From positions 90,101,680 to 90,165,679 of the forward strand of contig NC_068984.1 in the NCBI RefSeq assembly GCF_001194135.2: a stretch of 64,000 nt of DNA. The letters are read 5' to 3'. The DNA is from Octopus bimaculoides (Eukaryota). Each line of letters starts with the position of its first letter. The first letter of the stretch is position 1. Below are positions 27,140-39,992 of this stretch, piece by piece. A program made the position numbers and the translations under genes. The notes under the pieces were generated by a model, which saw only the letters and a list, made by a program, of their open reading frames with translations, had not been told where the DNA came from and ran no database searches.

Positions 27140-28290
27140 AAGGTGCGCAGGGTATTTGAGAACATGATACTTTTGAGTTATTACTGTCTTTAACTTAACT
27201 TTATGTAATTCATGTTTCAGAAAATAATGGCATATACTCAGCTTTCTCAAGAGATGAAGCGGCACGCTGTAACTGAGGTCTTAAAGACTGAGCACAGAGA
27301 TTTAGAAATAGCTCAGTTTTTTTAAAGTTGCCAAATCTTTCGTCTACAAAGTCCGTAAGGAGCTAGAAGCCTCAGATGAAAAGGTATCACCAGTATCGAA
27401 ATGCAAAAAGAATTCCCAGTGCTCGGATACTCTCAGAGCACCCAATTGTATTCGACAAGTTCATCAAATCATCCTATGAGGTCAATTGTAAAAGAACTCC
27501 ACGTGTCAGAAAGGACAATCAAAAATGTTGTCCACGAAGGTATCTTACGTGATAAGAGAGGTCAATTCATGTTAGAAAAGAAAACAAAGGAAAATTGTTT
27601 GATGAGATCTAAAAGGCTATGAAACAAAGTTATAAACAAGCAGAAGAACATGACATGATTTGGTTTTTCTCAGATGAGAAAATCTTTGACCAGGACTGGA
27701 AGATTAATAGAGGAAAGATAAATGGCTATGTTCAGACCCTTCTGAAGTTCCAACAGTCATGCACGCAAAAGTTCCTGCAGCTGTCATGGCTTTTGAAGTT
27801 GTTAGTAATGAAGGACATGTGACGCTTCCTCAGTTTTTCCACAAAACCCTAGAGTTACCTCTGCTGGTTACAATGAGATCCTGGAAACAGTTGTCAAACC
27901 TTAGATATATAAAGTACGCATTTGAAAGTTGTACGTTTTCTCTGCATGACTCTATGCCATCACATAAGACTCAAGCGAACGAAGAATAGATGACTGACAA
28001 TTTTCATGATCACATCATCACTAACATTTGGCCTCCAGACTCACTAGATCTCAGTCCATTGGACTACTATGAGAGAAAGTCAATTAACCTCTCCATAACA
28101 CCCTGGAGAGTTTGAAAGCCGTCATAGTGAAAGTAATGCCCGATATGAACCTGGACTATATAATTGGGCCACGCACACGATACAGATCTCGCTTAAAAAC
28201 CGTTATTGGCTCTGAAGGTGGTTACAATAAATGAGATTATAAAGAAGATAATCTAGTTTATATGTACACATTTTTCATTAATAAAGTTGT
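27140..28290 (+). mobile_element. Tc1/mariner superfamily, maT (DD37D)-like transposase remnant
   Basis: ATG at 27254. Motifs are FFSDEKIF, HAKVPAAVMAFEVVSNEGHV, HDSMPSH and WPPDSLDLSPLDYY. TIRs were not clearly resolved. Confidence 0.8.
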
Positions 28291-28357
28291 TCTTTTTTAT
28301 TATATGTATGTTTTCTAAACAAATAAAAACAAATTTGTCCTCAAACACACACACACT

Positions 28358-28476
<119 letters not shown>

Positions 28477-28485
28477 ATATATATA

Positions 28486-28709
28486 CAAAATTAGGGAATT
28501 AAGTAGAATAAAATCCAGGCTATCTATGTTTCATAGCTACCAGAACTTCGGCAGTAGTAATTATCTAAACGAGGGTAAACCGCTAGCTACTCGTCGGGCT
28601 ACGAGTAGCTAGCAGATTACTCCTCGTTTGGATAATTACTACTTCTAAGGATCTGCTAGCTAACAAACATAAGTACCTTTGATTTTATTAACTCCATACC
28701 CTAATTTTG
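28486..28709. repeat. 224-bp imperfect palindrome (MITE/foldback-like)
   Basis: Two 109-nt arms (28486-28594 and 28601-28709) surround the loop CGGGCT. The inner 13 bp are perfect (GCTAGCTACTCGT/ACGAGTAGCTAGC) and the termini are CAAAATTAGGG/CCCTAATTTTG. Confidence 0.9.
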
Positions 28710-28924
28710 GACTTTTACTCGCATACACACCAACCCCTACTGCTAACCATAAGCTATAAAACAATCTTTTTTCAGCTGATCGAACTTCGATACGAGAAAG
28801 TTTATAACGTTCTACGTCAATAAACCACTGTTGTTCTTGAAAGTTGCTTTATACTTTCTACGGGCTGGAAGCTTACTATATTCCTACACCTTGATCCTTG
28901 AATCTTATCTTTATATATCATATG

Positions 28925-28965
<41 letters not shown>

Positions 28966-29924
28966 NNNNNNNNNNNNNNNNNNNNNNNNNNNNNNNNNNN
29001 NNNNNNNNNNNNNNNNNNNNNNNNNNNNNNNNNNNNNNNNNNNNNNNNNNNNNNNNNNNNNNNNNNNNNNNNNNNNNNNNNNNNNNNNNNNNNNNNNNNN
29101 NNNNNNNNNNNNNNNNNNNNNNNNNNNNNNNNNNNNNNNNNNNNNNNNNNNNNNNNNNNNNNNNNNNNNNNNNNNNNNNNNNNNNNNNNNNNNNNNNNNN
29201 NNNNNNNNNNNNNNNNNNNNNNNNNNNNNNNNNNNNNNNNNNNNNNNNNNNNNNNNNNNNNNNNNNNNNNNNNNNNNNNNNNNNNNNNNNNNNNNNNNNN
29301 NNNNNNNNNNNNNNNNNNNNNNNNNNNNNNNNNNNNNNNNNNNNNNNNNNNNNNNNNNNNNNNNNNNNNNNNNNNNNNNNNNNNNNNNNNNNNNNNNNNN
29401 NNNNNNNNNNNNNNNNNNNNNNNNNNNNNNNNNNNNNNNNNNNNNNNNNNNNNNNNNNNNNNNNNNNNNNNNNNNNNNNNNNNNNNNNNNNNNNNNNNNN
29501 NNNNNNNNNNNNNNNNNNNNNNNNNNNNNNNNNNNNNNNNNNNNNNNNNNNNNNNNNNNNNNNNNNNNNNNNNNNNNNNNNNNNNNNNNNNNNNNNNNNN
29601 NNNNNNNNNNNNNNNNNNNNNNNNNNNNNNNNNNNNNNNNNNNNNNNNNNNNNNNNNNNNNNNNNNNNNNNNNNNNNNNNNNNNNNNNNNNNNNNNNNNN
29701 NNNNNNNNNNNNNNNNNNNNNNNNNNNNNNNNNNNNNNNNNNNNNNNNNNNNNNNNNNNNNNNNNNNNNNNNNNNNNNNNNNNNNNNNNNNNNNNNNNNN
29801 NNNNNNNNNNNNNNNNNNNNNNNNNNNNNNNNNNNNNNNNNNNNNNNNNNNNNNNNNNNNNNNNNNNNNNNNNNNNNNNNNNNNNNNNNNNNNNNNNNNN
29901 NNNNNNNNNNNNNNNNNNNNNNNN

Positions 29925-29990
<66 letters not shown>

Positions 29991-30127
29991 CATACATATA
30001 TACACACTCACACACCCAGACACACACGCAAGCACACATAATACACATACACGCACTTATATCATATATTAAATATACTGGAATTCGTAACTAGTTTAAT
30101 ATAAGACAGCTACTATTATATTATTGT

Positions 30128-30826
30128 CTAATTTTCCAAAGTTGTCATCTCTACTGTGATAGTGGGACACGCCCTTGTGTAGTGTTCTTTGTAACAATCT
30201 GACTTCTCAATACGGCTTGAACTTATGAAGTGAGATCTAGTAGAATCTGGATTTGTATATGTAACTCTTCTCCATTTTGGACAATTAAGTGTTTTATAAT
30301 TAATACTAAATATGAGGAATATATAAGGGTTAGCCGCCGAATTAATCGGGGCAATACCACCTAAAATGGAATATAAAGTGGGAGATATAATTTCATGGTT
30401 TCCATAAGACATTATCATCTCAGCTGTAAAATAGGGTAGCCAACAAATAATATACATAGACACAATAACAAGTGTCATTTTCAAAGTCTTGATTTTTGCT
30501 TTCGGAAGAGAGCTTGACTTAGTGCTTTGTAGATGTACTTTTCCAGGTTTTCCGTTTGTAGTATTGTTACAAGATTGATTCTCTGTTGCCTTTTGAGCTA
30601 TTTTGAGAAATATTCTTGCGTAGAACACGATTAAGAATATCAAAGGTATAAAGAAGACCATAAATGCTACATAAGTGAGAAATATTTGACGGTGTAATTT
30701 TGGTTTGTCTCGAAAGATATTCTCACAACGATGTTGTCCATTTCGTTCGACGTGTACAAATACAAATAACATTGGTAGGGATGCAAGTGCTGCAACAATC
30801 CAGCCCACTCCAGCCATTTTCCAGAT
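30128..30826 (-). CDS. Coding exon 2 (aa 159-390, TM4 to C-terminus) of the same GPCR
   Basis: The acceptor is TTATTATTTTGAAG|ATC TGG (AG at 30828-30827), which joins in phase 0 to give RKPIT-IWKMAGVGWIVAALASLP. Motifs include the ECL2 Cys (HRCEN), FFIP (TM5), PKAKIKTLKMT, CWLPYF (TM6) and APINSAANPYIF (TM7). The TAG stop is at 30130-30128. The spliced CDS is 1173 nt, 390 aa, with no frameshift. Confidence 0.95.
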   Translation of the reverse strand: MWKMAGVGWIVAALASLPMLFVFVHVERNGQHRCENIFRDKPKLHRQIFLTYVAFMVFFIPLIFLIVFYARIFLKIAQKATENQSCNNTTNGKPGKVHLQSTKSSSLPKAKIKTLKMTLVIVSMYIICWLPYFTAEMIMSYGNHEIISPTLYSILGGIAPINSAANPYIFLIFSINYKTLNCPKWRRVTYTNPDSTRSHFISSSRIEKSDCYKEHYTRACPTITVEMTTLEN

Positions 30827-32457
30827 CTTCAAAATAATAAAAAGAAACATTATTTTAAGGAACAATTTTACAATATCAAATTCAAAATCAAACGTTTGAA
30901 CATAAATTTATTCAATAGTTGATAATCATTTCCTTGTAAATTTTGACAATATTTGAATTTTCTTCTTTTAATTTTGGGTTCAAATGCCACCATATGTTAC
31001 TTTGCTTTTCATTTCTTTGTTGATGGTTTATTTTAAAATATAATAGTTCAATCAGTTCAGTTATCTTTAATGAACCAACTTGATCACTCAATCTGCTAAA
31101 ATAGCAGCCATATGCCAGAAATCACATCCTACAGTCTTGAAAAGGAAAGGCAATTTGCGTAATGTAGTTCTAGATATGTTATGCATGAGAAAAAGACATT
31201 GTTATAACTCGAACGCCTTTAAATACAGGTTTGCTTCTTCATGGCTAATGTAAGTCTAAAATAACGACTTTACCTAATAATAGAAATGTTTGTTTGATTT
31301 TTGTCTGTTTTACAAGGGCAATATAAGTTTTATTAGAAAAATGCTTAATTTTACTTCTTGGTTGTGTCATCGTTAAATACTCTTCTGTAAGACGCTAATA
31401 GCAAAACTAAAATTCTGGTTTAGGACAACAAAAACAAAAATCCTGAAAATATATCCATTCGGCCACATTGGTTTTGCTAGATCCAGTAATATACGAGTAG
31501 TTTCATAAAATATACTTAGCAAGAATGCTAAACTGATTCTGAACAAATGTGAGATGATGAATGTTAACATTTAAGCATCAAATAGCTACTGTTGCTTTGG
31601 CTAGAGGTATTTTCTGTAGATTATACAAATACAACATGAAAAATGAATATTTTCTGAGTGAAATATCTTCATACATCCATACTAAATCGGAAAGATAACA
31701 TTGTCTTTCCCTAGTATATTAGACAATACTATCTAATTGTGGTATTGTTGTACTGTTGATATCGGTCAGATAGTGTAAACTACAGTTTGGAGACCGTATA
31801 ACATTAACATCATTTACCGTTCCAAAGTATAGTAATTTATCATCAAACCACCCTCGAAACAGAGAAAACTCAGTGTCAAATTATTCTTCTATCCTAACAG
31901 ATGTAAACTTCATCTAAAATAACATGAAGCCTCTGTTACATCTACATTAACCTAATGCCTCCGTTAAATATGACACAAACAACATAATTGCAAAAAGAAA
32001 ACTATGTTATGACAAGGCGTGAAAAGTTGCAGAGGAAATCGTGGAAATATGCTACTGTTCAATGCGGAATATCTTCATCCAGTAAGAAGCGAAAATGATA
32101 TATTTCATTTTAAGTGCTGTCGCTCTTGTAATGCCATCAATCGAAATATTTGTTCGAAACTGTTCTAAAGGGATCATCGACAAACGGGAAACTCTGAGTA
32201 CTAAATAGTTTTAGCACTACCAGAATTGTTTAGGCTACTATTTATTCTGTTTCTAAAATTAAACGCACATACACACATATATATATATATACACACAGAT
32301 AGAGACTTACGCACATATATACATACGTACATATATGTGTGTGATTTGGTGTGGTGTGGTGTGGTATGTGTGTGTGTGTATGTAAAAACATTCTTTGAAT
32401 ATTTACCGTGCGACTCTTAAACTATCTCTTTGCTTTCCTTGCTTGCCTCCGTTGTAC

Positions 32458-32557
<100 letters not shown>

Positions 32558-33182
32558 AGTCCTTCTGCTCTCTACAACTCTTCCTCTCTTCTATCATGTT
32601 ACCGGTATCCAGCCAAGGCGTTGTCGTTCTTTTTCGGCCTACGTCTGACCAGACTGATTACGTTGTCTGGGCTACTGCTCTGTCCCTTATGACTTCTCTA
32701 TTTACCCTTTGTGCCAACCCACTACGTTCGTTTGGTAACCGAAAGGCTCTTTCTGTTGTATATGTTGTATAATTATTCTTTAAGAGATGTATAGCCGAAA
32801 GGCCTTTTTCTGTTGAAAATGTATAATTCTTTTTCTGCTGTATTTGTATTATTATTTTGTTGTTGCATACGTATTATTTTAGCTTGTCTTGTTTGTTTTT
32901 GTCCTTGTATACATTCGTTAGCTTTTCCAGGAAGCTTAATGCTCGGGCGCTCCCAAAATGGTGTTGCCCCAATGTAAAAAGCGCGAAACCACTATGGTAT
33001 CTTGGGCATTGAGTGACGAGGAAATCAGCTGCGAATTTTCCGCGTATCGTGTGTTTAACTACCTTTGCGTTGGTTATGTCTTCGTCTAGTTTTCCGTTTG
33101 TTGTGATTTCGTTGATTTTCCGTTTGCTGTTTTCGTATATTTTTTCTCTTTGTTGTGTTGTTTCGCTTCCACCCCCTTATAA

Positions 33183-33288
<106 letters not shown>

Positions 33289-33631
33289 NNNNNNNNNNNN
33301 NNNNNNNNNNNNNNNNNNNNNNNNNNNNNNNNNNNNNNNNNNNNNNNNNNNNNNNNNNNNNNNNNNNNNNNNNNNNNNNNNNNNNNNNNNNNNNNNNNNN
33401 NNNNNNNNNNNNNNNNNNNNNNNNNNNNNNNNNNNNNNNNNNNNNNNNNNNNNNNNNNNNNNNNNNNNNNNNNNNNNNNNNNNNNNNNNNNNNNNNNNNN
33501 NNNNNNNNNNNNNNNNNNNNNNNNNNNNNNNNNNNNNNNNNNNNNNNNNNNNNNNNNNNNNNNNNNNNNNNNNNNNNNNNNNNNNNNNNNNNNNNNNNNN
33601 NNNNNNNNNNNNNNNNNNNNNNTATATATAT

Positions 33632-33735
33632 ACGACGGGCGTCTTTCAGTTCCCGTCTACCAAATCTACTCACAAGGCTTTGGTCGGCCCTAAGCTATAG
33701 TAGATGACACTTGCTCAAGGTGCCATGCTGTGGTA
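33632..33735 (-). mobile_element. SINE 3' half with (TA)n tail, head missing
   Basis: Similar to the plus-strand copy at 38953-39075 (GGCACCTTG.GCA.GTGTC..CTACTATA..GGGC.GACCAA.GCCTTG). Confidence 0.8.
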
Positions 33736-33853
33736 TTAAATATTTGACACTGCAGAATCAAAAGAGGTGATCTATTATTGGTCAAATATTCCTTTGACCA
33801 TTTTCTAAGTTGATGGTTTCATCTTCTGATATCTCAGAGGGGTTCATTGTTGC

Positions 33854-34018
33854 CTAGTTCTTTTTCCCTTGTTCGGTCTTAGGATTATAGTCTGGGTCAT
33901 TTTCTCTATCATACTTGTTACCTTCATGCTCCTCCTCATCACCCTCCACTTCAAAATCTTCTTCCAATGCTTCACCAGTAAAATACAAAGCAACCTTTGA
34001 GATGATTCTTTCTCGTAC
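33854..34018 (-). pseudogene. Nap1: 5'-truncated NAP1-family (nucleosome assembly protein 1) retrocopy fragment
   Basis: Manual translation gives VRERIISKVALYFTGEALEEDFEVEGDEEEHEGNKYDRENDPDYNPK. This matches the NAP1 C-terminal pattern RERIIP..VLYFTGEA, acidic tract, ENDPDY.PK as recalled. CAA CAA TGA in a shifted frame fits the CKQQ-stop terminus. No upstream NAP1 sequence is present. Confidence 0.8.
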
Positions 34019-34199
34019 TTTGTTTATCATTTTGTCCAGGTTTTTTTTTGCAACGTCCTGTACCCAGATATGTATCTATATATACATGTAGATGTAGGCA
34101 TGTACATACATGTACGTATATATGCATATACTCATTTATTATTTGTATTACATGATCGAACGCACGCGTCATTCCTACAAGTAATTTTTTTAACTTTAT

Positions 34200-34752
34200 A
34201 TTTCTGACGCGGCTCTATCTATCTTTGTATCGTTCTCTCCCTCTCGTTTTTCCTTCTGTTACTACTATACCTCTCTCTTCCTCCCTGTCTCTCGTTGCTC
34301 ACCTATATTCTACTTCCTCCCCTTTTCTCCCTCTACCACTCTTTCTCCTTACCCCTCGCTTGTCACATGTGTCCAGCCACTACTTCCTTTCTTATCTTGG
34401 CTATCGCCAAGCACGCACATGAACATTCTTCGTCCCGCTTCCTTCCAGTTCGTTGCTTCACAGCATTCAGTATACACATATTTTTTCACGTCTGGCCGTA
34501 TAGCTTTTTTTGTTTGTTTTCACTGTTTCGTTTTCCTGTCTTGTTTACTGTCTGCCACTACATTCCACCATGGTACAAATTTAATTTGTGGTCCGTGGGA
34601 AGAGCCATTCTAACGATGCGTACTGCCCTAACTCTTCGAAACGCTTAGTTTTAGAATGGTCGCAGCTGATGAAGGAAATGTTCTCTATGTGGCCTGTGTG
34701 TTTTCTGTACTCTGTTTATCATTTTGTCCACGTTTTTTGCAACGTCCTGTAC
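34200..34752 (-). repeat. Interspersed repeat family R, copy 2
   Basis: The reverse complement starts GTACAGGACG and follows the layout of 55279-55800, ending in a GA-rich tail. Confidence 0.65.
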
Positions 34753-34834
34753 CCAGGTATGCATCTATATATACATGTAGATGTAGGTATGTACATACAT
34801 GTACGTATATATGCATATACTCATTTATTATTTG

Positions 34835-34869
<35 letters not shown>

Positions 34870-35732
34870 NNNNNNNNNNNNNNNNNNNNNNNNNNNNNNN
34901 NNNNNNNNNNNNNNNNNNNNNNNNNNNNNNNNNNNNNNNNNNNNNNNNNNNNNNNNNNNNNNNNNNNNNNNNNNNNNNNNNNNNNNNNNNNNNNNNNNNN
35001 NNNNNNNNNNNNNNNNNNNNNNNNNNNNNNNNNNNNNNNNNNNNNNNNNNNNNNNNNNNNNNNNNNNNNNNNNNNNNNNNNNNNNNNNNNNNNNNNNNNN
35101 NNNNNNNNNNNNNNNNNNNNNNNNNNNNNNNNNNNNNNNNNNNNNNNNNNNNNNNNNNNNNNNNNNNNNNNNNNNNNNNNNNNNNNNNNNNNNNNNNNNN
35201 NNNNNNNNNNNNNNNNNNNNNNNNNNNNNNNNNNNNNNNNNNNNNNNNNNNNNNNNNNNNNNNNNNNNNNNNNNNNNNNNNNNNNNNNNNNNNNNNNNNN
35301 NNNNNNNNNNNNNNNNNNNNNNNNNNNNNNNNNNNNNNNNNNNNNNNNNNNNNNNNNNNNNNNNNNNNNNNNNNNNNNNNNNNNNNNNNNNNNNNNNNNN
35401 NNNNNNNNNNNNNNNNNNNNNNNNNNNNNNNNNNNNNNNNNNNNNNNNNNNNNNNNNNNNNNNNNNNNNNNNNNNNNNNNNNNNNNNNNNNNNNNNNNNN
35501 NNNNNNNNNNNNNNNNNNNNNNNNNNNNNNNNNNNNNNNNNNNNNNNNNNNNNNNNNNNNNNNNNNNNNNNNNNNNNNNNNNNNNNNNNNNNNNNNNNNN
35601 NNNNNNNNNNNNNNNNNNNNNNNNNNNNNNNNNNNNNNNNNNNNNNNNNNNNNNNNNNNNNNNNNNNNNNNNNNNNNNNNNNNNNNNNNNNNNNNNNNNN
35701 NNNNNNNNNNNNNNNNNNNNNNNNNNNNTATA

Positions 35733-36918
35733 CAGAGGTTGGGCAATATAATGGAAGCGCCTTAAAACTTCAAACAAATTTATTTTAATATGGAGTAGGA
35801 CCGCTTTTGGCAGTAATTACAGCTTGAATTCTACGAGGTATGGACTCGTACAAAGTTTAAATTGTTTCCAAAGGAATTTTGTCCATTCTTGAGCTAAAAC
35901 AGTCTTCAGTTCTTGTGTTGATGGTGGAGGATATCGACTCCTTACTTGTTTTTCTAAAATGCACCATAAATGTTGAATAATATTGTGATCTGGGGACTGT
36001 AGTGGCCAGATAAGATGTTCAGCTTCATAAGAATGTACTTCGTGCCATTCAGTAACAACTTTAGCTGTGTAAATTTGTGCATTATCATCCTGAAAGATTG
36101 CGTTTCCGTCCGGAAACAGTTCCTCAACCATAGGAGAAACCATTGGGCCGGCGGATTTCCAAGATCATCACAGATCCTCCTCCATGTTTAACAGTTGGAA
36201 GAAAGCAGTCTGGGTCAAATGCTTCTTTTAGATGTCTCCTCGCGTATACTCGGCCAGTGGTCAGAATTAAGGTAAAGGATGACTCGTCCAAGAAAATAAC
36301 ATTCTTCCACTGCTCTAGGGACCAATTCTGTAGGTTTCTACTCCGCTCTAAACGCTTTGCAACGTTTGTTTTTGAAAGTAGTGGTTTTCTGATTGCAGCC
36401 CTCCCATGAAATCCGGCTTTGTTCAGCTCTCGGCGAACAGGTTTTGTGGAAACTGGACTCTCGAGGTGGTAATTAAGCTTTGCAGTAATTTTGAGAACTG
36501 TACTTTTATGATCCTTTCTACAATTCGCGTAAGAGTCAAACGGTCCCTGTCTGAAAGTTTTGGTTTTCTTCCGGAGTTTTGTTTCGACAAAGAGGTTTTT
36601 CCCTCTTTCTAAAAAGCTGTCATTACTTTCACGGCAGCATTTCTTGATACTCCAAATATTTCAGCTGTTTTCGGTAGACTAGCGCCTACCATACGAGTAC
36701 GAACAATTTGACCTCTTTGAAAGTCCGATAGATCTGTCATTTTAATGAATTTTTATTACCTTTTTCTGATGGTATCCCAAAAGAAACAGCAATTTTAACA
36801 AAACATATTAAGCAACACTGATAATAAATCAAAAAACATAAAAATAAACAAGCTTCTGACAGTTTTATAAATATTTCTAAATTATGATGTTATGATGCTA
36901 GGTGTTTCCATTATTTTG

Positions 36919-36925
<7 letters not shown>
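35733..36925 (-). mobile_element. Tc1-like transposon copy A with TIRs and decayed transposase
   Basis: ATG at 36740 (MTDLSDFQRGQIV). Motifs include FQDDNA and WPLQSPDHNIIQHLW. TIRs are CAGAGGTTGGGCAATATAATGGAA / degenerate AGGGGTACAAAATAATGGAA, with TA at 35731-32. Confidence 0.9.
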
Positions 36926-37010
<85 letters not shown>

Positions 37011-37699
37011 CTCTGTCTTTTATTCTTTAGTCTTTCTGCCCTTTACAAGGATATTGATAGCTACCAGTTCTTCGACAAACCATGGATTGTTCTGGGTGAA
37101 AGATAGATGTGTTTGGTATTTCTATGATCGAAGGGTTAATAAAACCCTAGGTAAAAGATAATGTCAGTTAGCAGTTCCATAGGTAAAGTTTCGAGGGAAA
37201 TCCTTAGCAAAGCATAATGGAAGTTACTAGTTCCATCTGTGATAGAAAGTTAATCAGACTTAAGTTTGAAGGCCTTGGGAAAAAATATTATCGTGTGAAA
37301 GAGAGATAGAGTGGAAAATGTATGAGATTAGATAGAGACTAGCCTATATAATGAGGATGTGTTTCACATGTTGGATAAGGAGATGTATGGGTACACACAC
37401 ACACACACATACACACACACACACACTCACACACACACACACACACACACATGTATATATACACACACACACACACATGTATATACACACACACACTGAA
37501 ACACACATTAACACACATATATCATTGCTCATGTACTTGTACATACACATATACACATACATGCAGAGGTATATGCCCATACATGTACACACAAGCAGAT
37601 ACACACACGTACGCAGCCATACATATATACATACGCATGTGTATAGAGATGGGGATATACAGATGCATGGACAGAAATTCGGAAAAATATTGTTACACT

Positions 37700-38050
37700 T
37701 GCAATGGTATACGATTTGAAGAAGTCATAGAGGTTGATGGGATCGGGTTGTTAGTCTCCCAGAAAGAAAGTTTATCTAACGAGGTGACACTGGGAAAAGA
37801 ACGTGCTGAAAATACAAATAAGACAACAGAAGTTCCACCTTCACCACTTAAATTGGTAACAGAAGTTATTGCTAAAGGGTTGACACTTATATAGGAAGGT
37901 CTGCAGGGTTTTGTTGATAATGATCCTAATCATGAACGCTATATAAAAATAACAATGAGCTCAGTTCCTATACTGAACTGCACAATGAGATGATGCATCG
38001 TAAACAATAAACGACTTTGGATAAGTTCTTCACCCGACAAGTTGATGTTC
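37700..38050 (+). mobile_element. Tigger/pogo transposase C-terminal remnant
   Basis: FEEV.E.D...LL.S..E.LSNE, DPNHER and TTLDKFF pattern. Confidence 0.65.
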
Positions 38051-38952
38051 GGGATAATGAACTATAAGGTAGTAAGTATTGTCCCCCACCCTCGTAGTAT
38101 CGCCCATTTCACCATCCCACCACATATAATAGTTAACATCTTTTGCGGTAAGAACGTATTCTTACGATATTACGATTCTTATAAATTCCCTAACGTATTC
38201 CTCCTGAAATATTTTTGCGTTTTTATCTATCTACATGGTATCTACATGGTTTTTATATATCTACATGGTATCTTTCAGGTTTAGAAATTGCTATTTTTGT
38301 GTATGAAAGTGATCGTGCTGTTTATTTTTTGTTGATCCTTCTTTTTTCTTCCCGAAAAAGACCGTAGGAACGAAACCTCACTTCATAATACCAAAATAAA
38401 GAGGAAAATTAATTTCTCACAACGCATTTCGCGTTACGGCCAGGTTTTAAAGAAAATGCATTACTTCCGTAAAGAGAGGCATCTTGTGCATGTATATAAG
38501 TACACTTGCGTGTGTGTGTGTGCCTCTGCGTATGTGTGTATCTGTCAATATCAGCTCACAATCTCTATTTCTCTCTCTCTCTCACTCTCTCTCTCACTCT
38601 CTCTCTCTCTCTCTTTTTTTTTTTCTCTCTCCCTCTATCTCAAAACACACGCTGTTATCTGCAACATGTCCCCCGTCAATCCCCTTTTCGACTTATTAAT
38701 CATCAATCATCAATCTGGCTAATGTCCTGAGGCAGAAAAATCTTTGACACGAATAAACGCTTTCTATTTACTTTCCTTTCATTGTCTTGGATTCTTTCGC
38801 TTTCTATTTCCATTCTTAATTATATTTTTACGTTTTCTTTTCTACTTCTTCACATACGAATTCTTCATATACCTATCTTTATATATACATACATACATAC
38901 ATACGTACATACATACATGCATACATACATGCATGCATACATATATATACTA

Positions 38953-39075
38953 TAGGTGCAGGAGTGTGGTAAGAAGCTTGCTTCCCAGCTACATTTTCCA
39001 GGTTCAGTCCCACTGCGTGGCACCTTGGGCATGTGTCCTCTACTATAACATCGGGCTGACCAAGGCCTTGTTGGT
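38953..39075 (+). mobile_element. tRNA-derived SINE, 5' part
   Basis: A-box-like GTGTGGTAAG and B-box-like GGTTCAGTCCC, followed by the same body as 33632-33735. Confidence 0.75.
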
Positions 39076-39857
39076 GAATTATTGTTCTTAAAAACTAAAT
39101 TAATAACTGAATGTATAAATTAATATTTGCCGATTACTTCAATTAGTCATCACACATTTTGCAGTAAGAGCATAGGAAAAGTACCATAGGGACACCGATC
39201 AAATGCATAAAATGATATACTGAATAATTTTGATACATACCCTTTCAATTTTTTTTTTAAATCTCGGCTAATTGTTCGAACAATTGATTAACCAATCAAT
39301 GCATTATATGCTACGATTACAATGCACATTGTATATATATNNNNNNNNNNNNNNNNNNNNNNNNNNNNNNNNNNNNNNNNNNNNNNNNNNNNNNNNNNNN
39401 NNNNNNNNNNNNNNNNNNNNNNNNNNNNNNNNNNNNNNNNNNNNNNNNNNNNNNNNNNNNNNNNNNNNNNATATATATATATATATACCTGGTTTGTGGT
39501 TATCCCTAATTGCATAATATTTTTATTTGTGCTGTTAAATGTTTTAATTCTTTCTGTTTTCCTCGCATACTGTTTTTCTCTGTTATATTGGTGCGCTACG
39601 GTGGATTATTTAAGACTTGGCTCTTATTTTTAGTAGGCAGATGCTCACTAAGCATCATTACGCTTCGTGCAAATTTATATTTCATAGCTCCTTAAAGCTA
39701 TCATAACTGCGTTCCACCCATGCTACTATTGGTGATATCATCAAATTTTGAATTTATCCACAGATGATATGAACAGTAGTGACATCTAACTTCAAATCTC
39801 AGTGTTTGAATATTTCATTTATTTATATATATATGGGTGTACGTGTGTGTGTTTATG

Positions 39858-39900
<43 letters not shown>

Positions 39901-39948
39901 ACGGGTACATAGATGCATGTACTATCTAATATATCTGTATAAATGTAT

Positions 39949-39992
<44 letters not shown>

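Noticed and set aside
30095-30100. ATTAAA poly(A) signal 28 nt after the GPCR stop
   Set aside because: A variant hexamer in very AT-rich sequence cannot be supported without transcript data.
30827-30865. ORF-track start MFLKIMFLFIILK for the 245-aa ORF
   Set aside because: This is the intron's polypyrimidine tract and acceptor; the exon starts at 30826.
34630-34680. GAAAC...CTGATGA order (type II-like hammerhead permutation) in repeat R, also near 55345-55390
   Set aside because: Stems I and II could not be formed convincingly in either copy. Worth revisiting only with a family consensus.
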